Below, piece after piece: positions 52,071 to 61,890 of a DNA stretch of 64,000 nt; the first letter of the stretch is position 1; each line of letters opens with the position of its first letter. The DNA is from Reyranella massiliensis 521 (lineage in GTDB: Bacteria > Pseudomonadota > Alphaproteobacteria > Reyranellales > Reyranellaceae). The DNA is taken from assembly GCA_945860205.1 (NCBI GenBank), contig CAMARK010000002.1, positions 19,496 through 83,495 of the forward strand, given 5' to 3'. Position numbers and translations under genes: made by a program. Under the pieces are notes generated by a model that did no database searches, was not told the DNA's origin, and was given only the letters and a program-made list of their open reading frames with translations.

Positions 52071-52784
52071 ATGACCGGACCGCTCGTCGTGATCACCGGC
52101 GCCAGTTCCGGCATTGGCCTCGCCATCGCCCGCGCCTTCGCCGCCGAAGGCCATGCGCTGCTGCTGATCGCCCGCCACATGAAGCCGGTCGATGGATTGC
52201 CCGAGGAGCGCACGGCCTATGCAGAGGCCGACGTCGCCGACTATGCCGCCATCGAACGCGCCATCCGCGACGCCGAAGCGCGCTTCGGCAAGACGGCCTG
52301 CCTGCTCAACAATGCGGGAATGGCCGATGCCCGCGGCTTCCACGACGTCGATCCGGAGAGTTACGCCCGCGAGATCGACGTCAACCTGAAGGGCGTCTTC
52401 AACTGCACCAAGGTGGTGATCGGCGACATGTCGGCGGCAAAGTCGGGCACCATCATCAACATCAGCTCGATCAGCGACCGCAAGACCTCGCCGGTGGCGC
52501 TGGGCTACACCGCCAGCAAGTATGGCGTACGCGCCTTCGGCGAATCATTGCGCGAGGCCGAGGGCATGAACGGGGTGCGCGTGGTCAACGTGGCGCCGGC
52601 CTATATCCGCACCAACATACATGCCGGCATGGGCATCAGTTTCAACAAGTATGAAGAAATCCTCGGCAATCCGGATTTCATGTCGGCCGAGGAACTGGCC
52701 GGGATCGTGCTTTACTGCTGGAAGCTGCCGCCCACGATCTGCATCAGGGACATCGTCGTGGCGCCGACGCGCTCGACGTTCTGA
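52071..52784 (+). CDS. Short-chain dehydrogenase/reductase
   Basis: TGASSGIG, NNAG, INISS, YTASK (YXXXK). Confidence 0.92.
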   Translation: MTGPLVVITGASSGIGLAIARAFAAEGHALLLIARHMKPVDGLPEERTAYAEADVADYAAIERAIRDAEARFGKTACLLNNAGMADARGFHDVDPESYAREIDVNLKGVFNCTKVVIGDMSAAKSGTIINISSISDRKTSPVALGYTASKYGVRAFGESLREAEGMNGVRVVNVAPAYIRTNIHAGMGISFNKYEEILGNPDFMSAEELAGIVLYCWKLPPTICIRDIVVAPTRSTF

Positions 52785-52788
52785 GGTC

Positions 52789-53253
52789 TTAGCTACCGAC
52801 TTCGCAGTGCTTGCCCATTTCCTTGCAGACGCGCAGCACGGCCTGCACGACCATCGACGACGTTGAACCTTCGCCGGGACCGGCGTGGCCGGCGATCATG
52901 AGTTGGGAGACGTCGTCGTTGAACGACACGACATTCAGGGTGGCGGTGCGGTCGCCCTCGGCGATCTGCAGGCGGCGCGTGCCCGAATCGTGCATCAGAA
53001 TGCGGACCGACGTGTTCTTGCGCGCCATCTCCAAGGCGGTCGCGAACACCTTGTCCGCCGGCGCATCGAGGATGACCGTGGCGAAGTCGTAGCCCGGGCG
53101 GCCGTTCTGCGGGCCTTCGGTCATCTGCTGGATCCGCCCCAGCGCCTTGCGGGCGACGAACACCCACTGCGCTTCGGCGGGGGTGAACGGAACGGCGGCG
53201 AGGACGGTGGCCAAGCCTACTGCGAGGACCACGAGAAACCGCGCCATGGCCAT
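52789..53253 (-). CDS. Hypothetical exported protein
   Basis: ATG 53253 with AGGTGAG RBS; signal peptide ending AEA-Q; no recognised family. Confidence 0.75.
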   Translation of the reverse strand: MAMARFLVVLAVGLATVLAAVPFTPAEAQWVFVARKALGRIQQMTEGPQNGRPGYDFATVILDAPADKVFATALEMARKNTSVRILMHDSGTRRLQIAEGDRTATLNVVSFNDDVSQLMIAGHAGPGEGSTSSMVVQAVLRVCKEMGKHCEVGS

Positions 53254-53258
53254 CTCAC

Positions 53259-54131
53259 CTATCGCGTCGGGACGGGACGCTCGCCGGAGTAATCGTAGAA
53301 GCCGCGCTTGACCTTGCGGCCGATCCAGCCGGCCTCGACATACTTCACCAGCAGCGGACACGGGCGGTACTTGGAGTCGGCCAGACCCTCGTGCAGGACC
53401 TGCATGACCGACAGGCAGGTATCGAGGCCGATGAAGTCGGCGAGTTCGAGCGGGCCCATCGGATGGTTGGCGCCGAGCTTCATGCCGGTGTCGATCGACT
53501 CGACGTTGCCGACACCCTCATAGAGGGCATAGACCGCCTCGTTGATCATCGGCAACAGGATGCGGTTCACGATGAAGGCCGGGAAATCCTCGGCGTTGAC
53601 CGGCTTCTTGTCGAGCTTGACCACGACCTCGCGCACCGTGCGGAAGGTCTCTTCCTCCGTCGCGATGCCACGGATGAGCTCGACCAGTCCCATCAGCGGA
53701 ACCGGGTTCATGAAATGCATGCCCATGAACTTGCCGGGCCGGTCGGTCACCGCCGCGAGGCGCGTCACCGAGATCGACGAGGTGTTGGTGGCGAGCAGGA
53801 CGTTGGCCGGCAGGTCGACGCAGACCTTCTTGAAGATCTCGCGCTTCACCGCCTCGTTCTCGGTCGCCGCCTCGACGATCAGGTCGCAATCGGCGAACGG
53901 CTTGTAGTCGAGCGCCGTGGTGATGCGCTTCAGCGCGGCGTCCTTGTCCTCGGGCCGGATCATGCCACGACCGATCTGCCGATCCATGTTCCGGCCGATG
54001 GCGTCGATGCCTTTGTCGAGATGCGCCTGGTCGACGTCCACGAGGCGAATGTCGAACCCCTTCAGTGCGCAGACATGGGCAATGCCGCCGCCCATCTGGC
54101 CGGCACCGATGACGCCGATGCGCTTGATCAT
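53259..54131 (-). CDS. hbd: 3-hydroxybutyryl-CoA dehydrogenase
   Basis: GVIGAGQMGGGIA, VEAATEN, ATNTSSISVT, GMHFMNPVP, NHPMGPLELADFIGLD. Confidence 0.94.
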   Translation of the reverse strand: MIKRIGVIGAGQMGGGIAHVCALKGFDIRLVDVDQAHLDKGIDAIGRNMDRQIGRGMIRPEDKDAALKRITTALDYKPFADCDLIVEAATENEAVKREIFKKVCVDLPANVLLATNTSSISVTRLAAVTDRPGKFMGMHFMNPVPLMGLVELIRGIATEEETFRTVREVVVKLDKKPVNAEDFPAFIVNRILLPMINEAVYALYEGVGNVESIDTGMKLGANHPMGPLELADFIGLDTCLSVMQVLHEGLADSKYRPCPLLVKYVEAGWIGRKVKRGFYDYSGERPVPTR

Positions 54132-54174
54132 GATGGGTACCCCTAACAATCCCGCAGGACGGGTTCCTAAAAAA

Positions 54175-55110
54175 CTATTTCTTCTCGACCGCCGCGGTCA
54201 GCTCCGGAACGATCTGGAACAGATCCCCGACGATGCCGTAGTCGGCTACCTGGAAGATCGGTGCCTCTTCGTCCTTGTTGATCGCAACGATGGTCTTGCT
54301 GTCCTTCATCCCGGCGAGATGCTGGATCGCGCCGGAGATGCCGATGGCAATGTAGAGATCGGGGGCGACCACCTTGCCGGTCTGACCGACCTGATAATCG
54401 TTCGGCACGTAGCCCGCGTCCACCGCCGCGCGGCTGGCGCCGAGGCCGGCGCCCAGCTTGTCGGCCAGGGCCTCGAGCATCTTGAAGTTCTCGCCACTTG
54501 CCAGGCCCCGTCCGCCCGAAACGACGATCTTGGCGCTGGTGAGTTCGGGCCGCTCGCTCTTGGAGAGCTCGGCGCCGACGAATGACGACAGGCCCGCCGC
54601 ACCCGCGCCGCCAATCTGCTCGACCGCGGCCGTGCCGCCGCCGGCACCGGCCGTGAAGTTGGTCGGGCGGATCGTCACGACCTTGATCTTGTCGCTCGAC
54701 TGCACGGTCGCCATGGCGTTGCCGGCATAGATCGGCCGCACGAAGGTATCGGGTGAGACGACCTGGATGGCCTCGGAGATCTGTGCCACGTCGAGGAGCG
54801 CCGCCACGCGCGGGGCGATGTTCTTGCCGACGGAATCGGCGGCCATCACGATGTGGCTGTAGTTCGGCGCCAGCTTGACCACCAGCGGCGCGATGTCCTC
54901 GGCCAGCCAGTTGGCGTAGGCCGCGTCCTCGGCCTGAAGCACCTTGGCCACGCCCGCAATGGCGCTCGCCGACTTGGCGGCTTCACCGGCATTGCTGCCG
55001 GCCACCAGCACATGCACGTCCGAACCCATCTGGGTCGCGGCGACAACGGCGTTGGAAACATTGGCGCGGACGGTCTTGCCGTCGTGCGCGGCGACAACGA
55101 GGATGGCCAT
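54175..55110 (-). CDS. etfA: Electron transfer flavoprotein alpha subunit
   Basis: ATG 55110; [51 protein letters not shown]. Confidence 0.96.
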   Translation of the reverse strand: MAILVVAAHDGKTVRANVSNAVVAATQMGSDVHVLVAGSNAGEAAKSASAIAGVAKVLQAEDAAYANWLAEDIAPLVVKLAPNYSHIVMAADSVGKNIAPRVAALLDVAQISEAIQVVSPDTFVRPIYAGNAMATVQSSDKIKVVTIRPTNFTAGAGGGTAAVEQIGGAGAAGLSSFVGAELSKSERPELTSAKIVVSGGRGLASGENFKMLEALADKLGAGLGASRAAVDAGYVPNDYQVGQTGKVVAPDLYIAIGISGAIQHLAGMKDSKTIVAINKDEEAPIFQVADYGIVGDLFQIVPELTAAVEKK

Positions 55111-55112
55111 GA

Positions 55113-55862
55113 TCAGATCACTCCCGCTTCGTTGCGCAGCTTGTCGACCAGTTCGGCGACCGTCTTCACCTTGATGCCGGCCTTGCGTTTGGGCGGCTCC
55201 TCGACCTTCAGCGTCTTGAGGCGCGGCGCCACGTCGACACCCAGCGCATCCGGCGCCAGAACCTCGATCGGCTTCTTCTTGGCCTTCATGATGTTCGGCA
55301 GCGAGGCGTAGCGCGGCTCGTTGAGGCGCAGGTCGGTGGTGATCACCGCCGGCAGTTTGATCTTGATGTTCTCGAGACCGCCGTCCACCTCGCGCTTCAC
55401 CTCGGCCGATCCGTCGGCGACGTGCAGCTTGTTGGCAAAGGTGCCTTGCGACCAGCCAAGCAACGCAGCCAGCATCTGGCCGGTCTGGTTGGAGTCGTCG
55501 TCGATCGCCTGCTTGCCGACGATCACCAGGCCCGGCTGTTCCTTGTCGACCACCGCCTTCAGCAGCTTGGCGACGGCCAGCGGCTGCAGTTCGGCGTCGG
55601 TCTGGACGAGGATGCCGCGGTCGGCGCCCATGGCGAGCGCGGTGCGGATCGTCTCCTGGCACTGCGCGGGACCTGCGGAAAACGCGATGACCTCGGTCGC
55701 GAGGCCCTTCTCCTTCATGCGGAGCGCCTCTTCCACGGCGATCTCGTCGAAGGGATTCATGGACATCTTGACGTTCGCCGTCTCGACACCCGTGTTGTCG
55801 GCCTTTACGCGGATCTTGACGTTGTAGTCGATGACCCGCTTGACCGCGACCAGCACTTTCAT
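55113..55862 (-). CDS. etfB: Electron transfer flavoprotein beta subunit
   Basis: [43 protein letters not shown]. Confidence 0.96.
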   Translation of the reverse strand: MKVLVAVKRVIDYNVKIRVKADNTGVETANVKMSMNPFDEIAVEEALRMKEKGLATEVIAFSAGPAQCQETIRTALAMGADRGILVQTDAELQPLAVAKLLKAVVDKEQPGLVIVGKQAIDDDSNQTGQMLAALLGWSQGTFANKLHVADGSAEVKREVDGGLENIKIKLPAVITTDLRLNEPRYASLPNIMKAKKKPIEVLAPDALGVDVAPRLKTLKVEEPPKRKAGIKVKTVAELVDKLRNEAGVI

Positions 55863-55918
55863 CGCGTTGCGCCTATTGGTGAGTTGCGGCCGGACCTCCC
55901 GCCCGGCGAAGGGGTTTT

Positions 55919-55948
55919 CGTGTACGAGGCGTCAGCCGATCATGTCAA
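55919..55948 (-). promoter_or_regulatory. Probable sigma70 promoter of etfBA: TTGACA-N18-TACACG
   Basis: -35 at 55943-55948, -10 at 55919-55924; same -10 hexamer as the TetR promoter. Confidence 0.45.
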
Positions 55949-56017
55949 GACTATGTCGCGCTGCACAAAATCGCAGGGTGGAAGCTTTTTCTTTGTTCTT
56001 TCAACAGCTTGGGCCAC

Positions 56018-56614
56018 CTAGCGGCCGCTCCCCGGTACCCACAACACATCCGTGGCGCCGTTGTCGTTGAGCCGCCGCGCGAGAACAAAGAGATGGTCGG
56101 AGAGGCGGTTGATGTACTTGATCGCCTCCGGATTGATCGCCTGCTCGGCCGCCAGCCGGGTCATGCAGCGCTCGGCGCGGCGCGAGACCGTGCGAGCCAA
56201 ATGCAGTCGCGCCGCGACCTCGCTGCCGCCGGGCAGGATAAAAGACGTGAGCGGCGAGAGATCGGCGTTCATTGCGTCGATCTCTTTTTCAAGGCGCTCG
56301 ACCTGGCTCGCCACGATGCGCAAGGCGCCCTCGCCGCGCTTGCTCTCGCCTTCGGGCGTGCAGAGGTCGGCGCCGAGATCGAACAGGTCGTTCTGGATGC
56401 GGCCCAGCATGGCGTCGGCTTCGGGGAGCCTGGGATCGCCGAGAATCGTGTGGGCGATCGTGCTGCGGACGAGGCCGACGATGGAGTTGGTCTCGTCGAC
56501 CGTTCCATAGGCTTCGACTCGGATGTCGTGCTTGTCGACGCGTGTGCCGCGGCCGAGCGAAGTCTTTCCGGCGTCGCCGCCGCGCGTGTAGATGCGATCG
56601 AGATTGACGGCCAT
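56018..56614 (-). CDS. PduO-type cob(I)alamin adenosyltransferase
   Basis: IYTRGGDAGKTSL, RVEAYGTVDETNS, IQNDLFDLGADL, FILPGG, RTVSRRAER, YINRLSDHLF. Confidence 0.94.
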   Translation of the reverse strand: MAVNLDRIYTRGGDAGKTSLGRGTRVDKHDIRVEAYGTVDETNSIVGLVRSTIAHTILGDPRLPEADAMLGRIQNDLFDLGADLCTPEGESKRGEGALRIVASQVERLEKEIDAMNADLSPLTSFILPGGSEVAARLHLARTVSRRAERCMTRLAAEQAINPEAIKYINRLSDHLFVLARRLNDNGATDVLWVPGSGR

Positions 56615-56618
56615 CGGA

Positions 56619-56831
56619 TCAGCTCCGGCTCGCGAGATACCACAAGAGAATGAGGATGATCGTCAGGAACTGGAGGCGCACGCGCCACCACATCAACCGG
56701 TTGCTGCGCCGACCGCCTTCGACCGTGCCCTCGACGTTACGGCTCATGCTGATGAGACCGGCGAACAGCATGCCGAGGGTAGCAAGGCCCGAGAGGATCA
56801 CCAGAACGAACAGGACTCCGGCGAGCGTCAT
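56619..56831 (-). CDS. Twin transmembrane helix small protein (HIG1-like)
   Basis: Two hydrophobic helices and RRSNRLMWWRVRLQ motif; usual position upstream of pduO-etfBA. Confidence 0.85.
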   Translation of the reverse strand: MTLAGVLFVLVILSGLATLGMLFAGLISMSRNVEGTVEGGRRSNRLMWWRVRLQFLTIILILLWYLASRS

Positions 56832-56852
56832 GCTTCACTCCTTAACATCAAT

Positions 56853-58271
56853 TTAGTCATTGTGCCGACCCGCGCCAGTGCGCGCACCGGCCCATGGTCT
56901 TGCGTCACGTGTTGGCCTGGTGCCGGCCGCGGCCCGGAAGATCGCCTCGGCCGCCTGCTCGCCCGACCATAGGGCCGCGTGCACCGTGCCGTATTCGACG
57001 GGCTCGGTCGCCTCGCCGGCAAAGAAGACCCGGCTGCCCAGCGGGCGGGCGTAGGCCCGGCCATCGTCGGGATCGCTGCCGACGCCGGGATAGGAGTAGC
57101 CGCCCCGCGACCACGGATCGCTCAGCCAGCGCGGATAGACCATCGCCTCCGGTTCGGGGATGTCGTTGCCGAACATGTCGCGCAGCGACGCCATCGCGAG
57201 CGCCGTCACCTCGTCGTCGCTCCCCTCCCGGTCGAGATGGATGGCGGTACGGCCGTTGCTGAAGCTCAGCAGGATGGGAAGGCCGGTCTCCTGCTCGTGG
57301 CTCACCCACGTATTGAAGGTGCCGCGCCGGTCCGGCGAGTCGGGAAGACGGCCGAACCATTTCGGCTGCTCCGGCCAGAAACGCCGGGGAAAGCGCAGGT
57401 AGATCTTGCCGAGGATGCCGGCACCATAGCCCACCCGGCTGAGCGCAAGACGCTGAGGCTCCGGCGGCAGCGGATCGAGCGCCGGCAAGCCGGCGCGCAA
57501 CAGGCCGATGGGCACCGTAATGATGCCGCGGTCTGCCTCGATCTGCTCACCACCTTGCAGGACCGCCGTGACGCCGCTTCCATTCCAGCCGATTCGTTTG
57601 ACCGCGGCGCCGTAGCGAATGTCGAGCCCCTGCGCCGCATCGCCCAGCAGCGGCCTAAAACCGCCTCTCGGCTGGGCGTTGCGGTCGAGCCCCTCGGTCG
57701 GAAACCACTCCTCTGCAGATACGGCATCCCACGGCGCGCTCTGCACGCCTTCGCTCATCTCGACGAAGGTCGCCACCACGAGCCTGTCGATCTCCGGCAG
57801 CCATCGCGCGTGCAGCAGCGGCTCGACCGCCTGCTTCACCGAGATCGAGCGTGGTCCCCAGCTCCGGGCCATCGCCTTGCTCTTCCAGCTTGCCCATTCG
57901 ATGGCGGTCTTGAAGGCGGCGCGTCCCAGGATGGCGCGGCGGCGCTGGCCCTCGCGCGTCGGCGCCGTCGCCCGCTTGTCGATCAGCAGGCGCTCGCCCT
58001 GCGATTCGACGAGGTCGATGCCGAGCTTCTCGCACCACAGCGTCAGCGGATTGCCTTCTACACCGTGGATCCACGAGCCACCGAGATCGACCGGCGCACC
58101 CAGACGATCGTCGGTCCAGACGCGGCCACCGGTGCGGGTCCGCGCCTCGAGGACGGTGACGACGAAGCCCGAATCCCGCAGCAGGCGCGCGGCGACCAGG
58201 CCAGCCATCCCCGCCCCGACCACGACAACGCGTTCGGCACGGCCTGCGCCCATCGACCACGAGCCGGTCAT
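56853..58271 (-). CDS. Flavin-containing amine oxidase (monoamine/polyamine oxidase family)
   Basis: VGAGMAGL, LEARTRTGGR, DLGGSWIHG, WLSDPWSRGGYSY, FFAGEAT, TVHAALWSG; ATG 58271 overlaps the HAD stop (alternative start 58253). Confidence 0.9.
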   Translation of the reverse strand: MTGSWSMGAGRAERVVVVGAGMAGLVAARLLRDSGFVVTVLEARTRTGGRVWTDDRLGAPVDLGGSWIHGVEGNPLTLWCEKLGIDLVESQGERLLIDKRATAPTREGQRRRAILGRAAFKTAIEWASWKSKAMARSWGPRSISVKQAVEPLLHARWLPEIDRLVVATFVEMSEGVQSAPWDAVSAEEWFPTEGLDRNAQPRGGFRPLLGDAAQGLDIRYGAAVKRIGWNGSGVTAVLQGGEQIEADRGIITVPIGLLRAGLPALDPLPPEPQRLALSRVGYGAGILGKIYLRFPRRFWPEQPKWFGRLPDSPDRRGTFNTWVSHEQETGLPILLSFSNGRTAIHLDREGSDDEVTALAMASLRDMFGNDIPEPEAMVYPRWLSDPWSRGGYSYPGVGSDPDDGRAYARPLGSRVFFAGEATEPVEYGTVHAALWSGEQAAEAIFRAAAGTRPTRDARPWAGARTGAGRHND

Positions 58272-58915
58272 CGCGTGACCAGCGCCGGCAGCTTCTTCAT
58301 GTCGTCGAACCATTCGCGACTGGCGCCGGCCAGGGCATCACGATCGGCATAGGGCGCCCCGATATAAGCGAGCGCCCGCATGCCGGCGGCGCGCGCGGCC
58401 TGAAGGCCGGGCAGCGAATCCTCGATCACCGTGCAGGCGAAAGGCTGCTCGTTCATGCAGAGCGCCGCGTGCAGGAAAAGATCGGGGAACGGCTTTCCCC
58501 GCGGCACTTCGGAGGCGCTGAAGATACGGCCCTCGAAGCGCGACCACAGTCCGGTGATGCCTAAGGTCACCCGCATCTTGTCGAGGCCGCCCGAGCTTGC
58601 GACGCAGGTCGCTGCCCCTGCCGCCTCGATGGCGTCGATCGCCGCGGCCACACCGGCCACCGGCTTCAAGGGCGCTTCGTGGAAGGATCGCATCGTGTCG
58701 GCCTGCAGACGCTCGACGAAATCGTCCGACAGCTTGCGGCCCAGAATGCCCTCGACGATCTCGACGCAGGATTTCATCGAGCGGCCCATCAGGCGGCGCA
58801 TCGTCTCCTCGACACTCCAGTCGAGCCCCTCGCGGGCCAACGCGCGGGCAAAGCAGGTATTGGCGAGCGGCTCGCTGTCGACCAGCACGCCGTCGCAATC
58901 GAAGATGACAAGCAC
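58268..58915 (-). CDS. HAD-superfamily hydrolase (subfamily IA)
   Basis: VIFDCDGVLVDSE, VASSG, GKPFPDLFL, VIEDS. Confidence 0.92.
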   Translation of the reverse strand: MLVIFDCDGVLVDSEPLANTCFARALAREGLDWSVEETMRRLMGRSMKSCVEIVEGILGRKLSDDFVERLQADTMRSFHEAPLKPVAGVAAAIDAIEAAGAATCVASSGGLDKMRVTLGITGLWSRFEGRIFSASEVPRGKPFPDLFLHAALCMNEQPFACTVIEDSLPGLQAARAAGMRALAYIGAPYADRDALAGASREWFDDMKKLPALVTR

Positions 58916-58927
58916 GCCGTGCTTGTA

Positions 58928-59812
58928 TCAGAACGGCTTGTCGCCCGCGACCGTGACCCGGTTGCCGCTGCGCGTATGCGGCCAGTAGTCCCACATGGCG
59001 CGATGCTGGGCGCAGCGGTTGTCCCAGAAGGCAATGGAGTTCTCACGCCAGCGGAAGCGGCACTGGAACAGCGGGTTCTCCATGTGCTCGTAGAGATAGC
59101 GCAGGACCGCATCGCTCTCGTCGCGCGGCACGCCGACCAGCGAGCGCGTGAAGCCGCGGTTGACGTAGAGACCCTTCTTGCCGGTCACCGGATGCGTGCG
59201 CACGACGGGATGAACCGCGCGCGGGTATTGCTCCCTCTCGGCGACGTTCGAGTTCTTGTAGAGGCCACGGTAGACCGACTCGCCGTCATGCACCGCGGTC
59301 AGGCCCTCGAGATATGTCTTCATGCGGTCCGACAAGGCCTCGTAGGCGGCGTACATGCTGGCGAACAGCGTGTCGCCGCCCTTGGGCGGGCACTTCTTGA
59401 TGTAGAGAATGCTGCCCATGGGCGGCTCGACGTCGCAACTCACGTCGGTGTGCCAGCCCTCTCCGTTGGCGCGCGGCGAGTCCTTGTCGGCGTGGATGAT
59501 CATCAGATCGGGCTTGCCCGGCTCGGTCGGCGCCGCCGGATGAATGTGGAGATCGCCGAACAGGCGGCCGAAGGCCAGATGCTGCTCCTGCGTGATGTGC
59601 TGGTCGCGGAAGAAGATGACGAGGTTCTCGGCCAGCGCGCGATGAATTTCGTCCTGCTGCCGGTTGGACAGCGGCTTGCTGAGATCGATGCCACCAACTT
59701 CCGCGCCGATGATCGGCGTCAGCTTGTCGATGGTGATGGTCTCGTAGGGCGCGCCCTCTTCGGCCGTGTGCCGGTAGCGGGGACCGGCGTTGCCGCTCAG
59801 CGATCCTTGCAT
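58928..59812 (-). CDS. TauD/TfdA-family alpha-ketoglutarate-dependent dioxygenase (taurine/alkylsulfate dioxygenase-like)
   Basis: ATG 59812; LTPIIGAEV, WHTDVS (HXD), GGDTLFASM, HPVVRTHP, WDNRCAQHRA, RSGNRVTV. Confidence 0.92.
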   Translation of the reverse strand: MQGSLSGNAGPRYRHTAEEGAPYETITIDKLTPIIGAEVGGIDLSKPLSNRQQDEIHRALAENLVIFFRDQHITQEQHLAFGRLFGDLHIHPAAPTEPGKPDLMIIHADKDSPRANGEGWHTDVSCDVEPPMGSILYIKKCPPKGGDTLFASMYAAYEALSDRMKTYLEGLTAVHDGESVYRGLYKNSNVAEREQYPRAVHPVVRTHPVTGKKGLYVNRGFTRSLVGVPRDESDAVLRYLYEHMENPLFQCRFRWRENSIAFWDNRCAQHRAMWDYWPHTRSGNRVTVAGDKPF

Positions 59813-59872
59813 GGCTCTCTTTCCTCCGAACTCCTCGCGGATTATAGCGTGGAACAAGCACCAGGGGGAAAC

Positions 59873-61402
59873 ATGCCGACATTCGATCCCATCGCCTCGC
59901 AGACCGTGCGCAAGGCCGACCATCTGGAACCGGCCTTCGTGCATCAGGCCGACATCGAGATCGCGGCGCGGAAGATGAAGGGGCGCAAGAAGCGGCCCAA
60001 CATCCTTATCTTTCTGATGGACGATGTCGGCTGGGGCGACTTCGGCTGCTACGGCGGCGGCGTCGCCGTAGGCGCCCCCACGCCCAACTTCGACAAGCTG
60101 GCCCGCCACGGCCTGCAGCTCACCTCCTGCTATTCCGAGCCCTCGTGCTCGCCGTCGCGCGCCACCATGGCGACCGGCCGGGTGCCCAACCGCCACGGCC
60201 TCCATCGTCCGCCGATGTACGGCGAGCCGGGCGGCCTGCAGGGCGAGATCACGCTCCCCATGCTGCTGGGCGACGCCGGCTACACCACCCAGGCGGTCGG
60301 CAAGTGGCATCTCGGCGAGAATGTCGAATCGCAGCCGCAGAATGTCGGCTTCGACGATTTCTACGGCTTCCTCTCGGTGTCGGACATGTACACCGAATGG
60401 CGCGACCCGCATTTCTTCCCCGAGATCGTCTATTCCGACGCCCGCACCGAGTGGGTGAAGAACATGCCGTTCAACCGCTGCTTCGTGCACGCCAAGAAAG
60501 GCCAGGAACTCACCAACGTCGAGGAGGTGACGATCCCCGTCCTCTCCGAGCTCGACGAGAAATGGTGCAACTACTCCTCGGAGTTCATCAGGAAGCAGGC
60601 CAAGAGCGACAGACCGTGGCTGCTCTACCACTGCACCAGGGGCGCGCATTTCGACAATTACCCGAACGAAAAGTTCCTCGGCAAGTCGCCGGCGAAGCAT
60701 CCGTACAAGGACACGCTGATCGAGCTCGACGACATCATGGGCCGGCTGGTCGAGACGCTGCGCGAGTCAGGCCAGCTCGAAGACACGCTGATCTTCGTCT
60801 CGTCCGACAACGGCCCGCACATGGAGACCTGGCCGGATGCCGCCTTCACGCCGTTCCGCTGCGCCAAGGGCTCGACCTGGGAAGGCGGCGTGCGCGTGCC
60901 CGGCCTGATGTTCTGGCCGGGCATGATCGACGCCGGCCGCGCGAGCGACGGGCTGTTCGACTTCAACGACGTGCTGCCGACCGCGCTCGGCCTCGCCGGC
61001 GCCTCGGAGCGCCTGCCGTCCGACCGCTACATCGACGGCGTCGACCAGAGCAGCTTCCTGCTGTCGCCCGACGGGCTCTCCAACCGCAAGTATCACTACT
61101 ACTGGCTGTCGCAGACCTTCTCGGGCATGCGCTGCGGCGAATACAAGATGATGCTGTCGGCCACCAGCGACAACGCCACCGACGCCTTCGGCACCGGCGG
61201 CTTCACCGGCGTGCTCGAACGCTTCGCCTATCCCAGGCTCTACAATCTCTATCTCGACCCCAAGGAGCAGCACAATTACCTGACGCGGAAGCTCGCCTAT
61301 ATCGAGGCCTTCCAGTTGGGCATGCGCAGCCACCTCGCCACCTTCAAGAAGTTCCCGGCCAAGAAAGTCATGGGCATCAAGGTGGCGGACAAGCGCGAAT
61401 AG
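59873..61402 (+). CDS. Arylsulfatase (Cys-type formylglycine sulfatase, AslA-like)
   Basis: ATG 59873 with GGGGGA RBS; RPNILIFLMDDVGWGD, SCSPSRA (CXPXR), GKWHLG, SDNGP, KGSTWEGGVRVP. Confidence 0.92.
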   Translation: MPTFDPIASQTVRKADHLEPAFVHQADIEIAARKMKGRKKRPNILIFLMDDVGWGDFGCYGGGVAVGAPTPNFDKLARHGLQLTSCYSEPSCSPSRATMATGRVPNRHGLHRPPMYGEPGGLQGEITLPMLLGDAGYTTQAVGKWHLGENVESQPQNVGFDDFYGFLSVSDMYTEWRDPHFFPEIVYSDARTEWVKNMPFNRCFVHAKKGQELTNVEEVTIPVLSELDEKWCNYSSEFIRKQAKSDRPWLLYHCTRGAHFDNYPNEKFLGKSPAKHPYKDTLIELDDIMGRLVETLRESGQLEDTLIFVSSDNGPHMETWPDAAFTPFRCAKGSTWEGGVRVPGLMFWPGMIDAGRASDGLFDFNDVLPTALGLAGASERLPSDRYIDGVDQSSFLLSPDGLSNRKYHYYWLSQTFSGMRCGEYKMMLSATSDNATDAFGTGGFTGVLERFAYPRLYNLYLDPKEQHNYLTRKLAYIEAFQLGMRSHLATFKKFPAKKVMGIKVADKRE

Positions 61403-61890
61403 CGCCGGGTGGCGGGGTCACGCGGGCAAACTCCCTGCCCGTGTCCTTGCCCAAGTCCCACATGCCTTTTCATGGCCCGAAGGGCCGTTGGATGCCGTGT
61501 TTTCACGGCCTTCTCGCATTATTTGAAGACGCCTGAATGTAACGCGTTCTGTCTGGAAACCTGTCCAGAGTCGCGTCGCAAACCGGTCGCCCGGGACCGA
61601 CGTTCGCCGTCGGCATTGTATGCTGTTTGGGTCTCGTTCTTCGTAGTCGGAAGCATGGTCAGGACCATGCCAGGCGCAGCGCTCTCTGAAGAGCTTTGGG
61701 GGCACGCCGGGGGAGTTCCGGTGGCACAGACGCCTTTCAAGATAGCGAAAGCCTAGGGCGAATCCGGCTGAACCTGTGAATCGCGTTTCGCAAATCAGCT
61801 TCGCGGAATTCACCGGGCTGCTGGCAATGCCAGCACGGAGACCGCTACTGCCGGTCCTTCTCGCTAGACAGCAAGCGACCTGAAGTTGCC

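Noticed and set aside
56842-56856. CtrA-like TTAA-N7-TTAG site / partial FNR-type site
   Set aside because: It overlaps the amine oxidase stop and the next gene's RBS within a 21-bp gap and has a mismatch; it is best explained by stop-codon/RBS composition.
61420-61790. Fragments resembling c-di-GMP-I (GGCAAAC, GCGAAAGCC) or c-di-AMP riboswitches
   Set aside because: The motifs are in the wrong order and spacing, and no gene lies downstream in the sense orientation.
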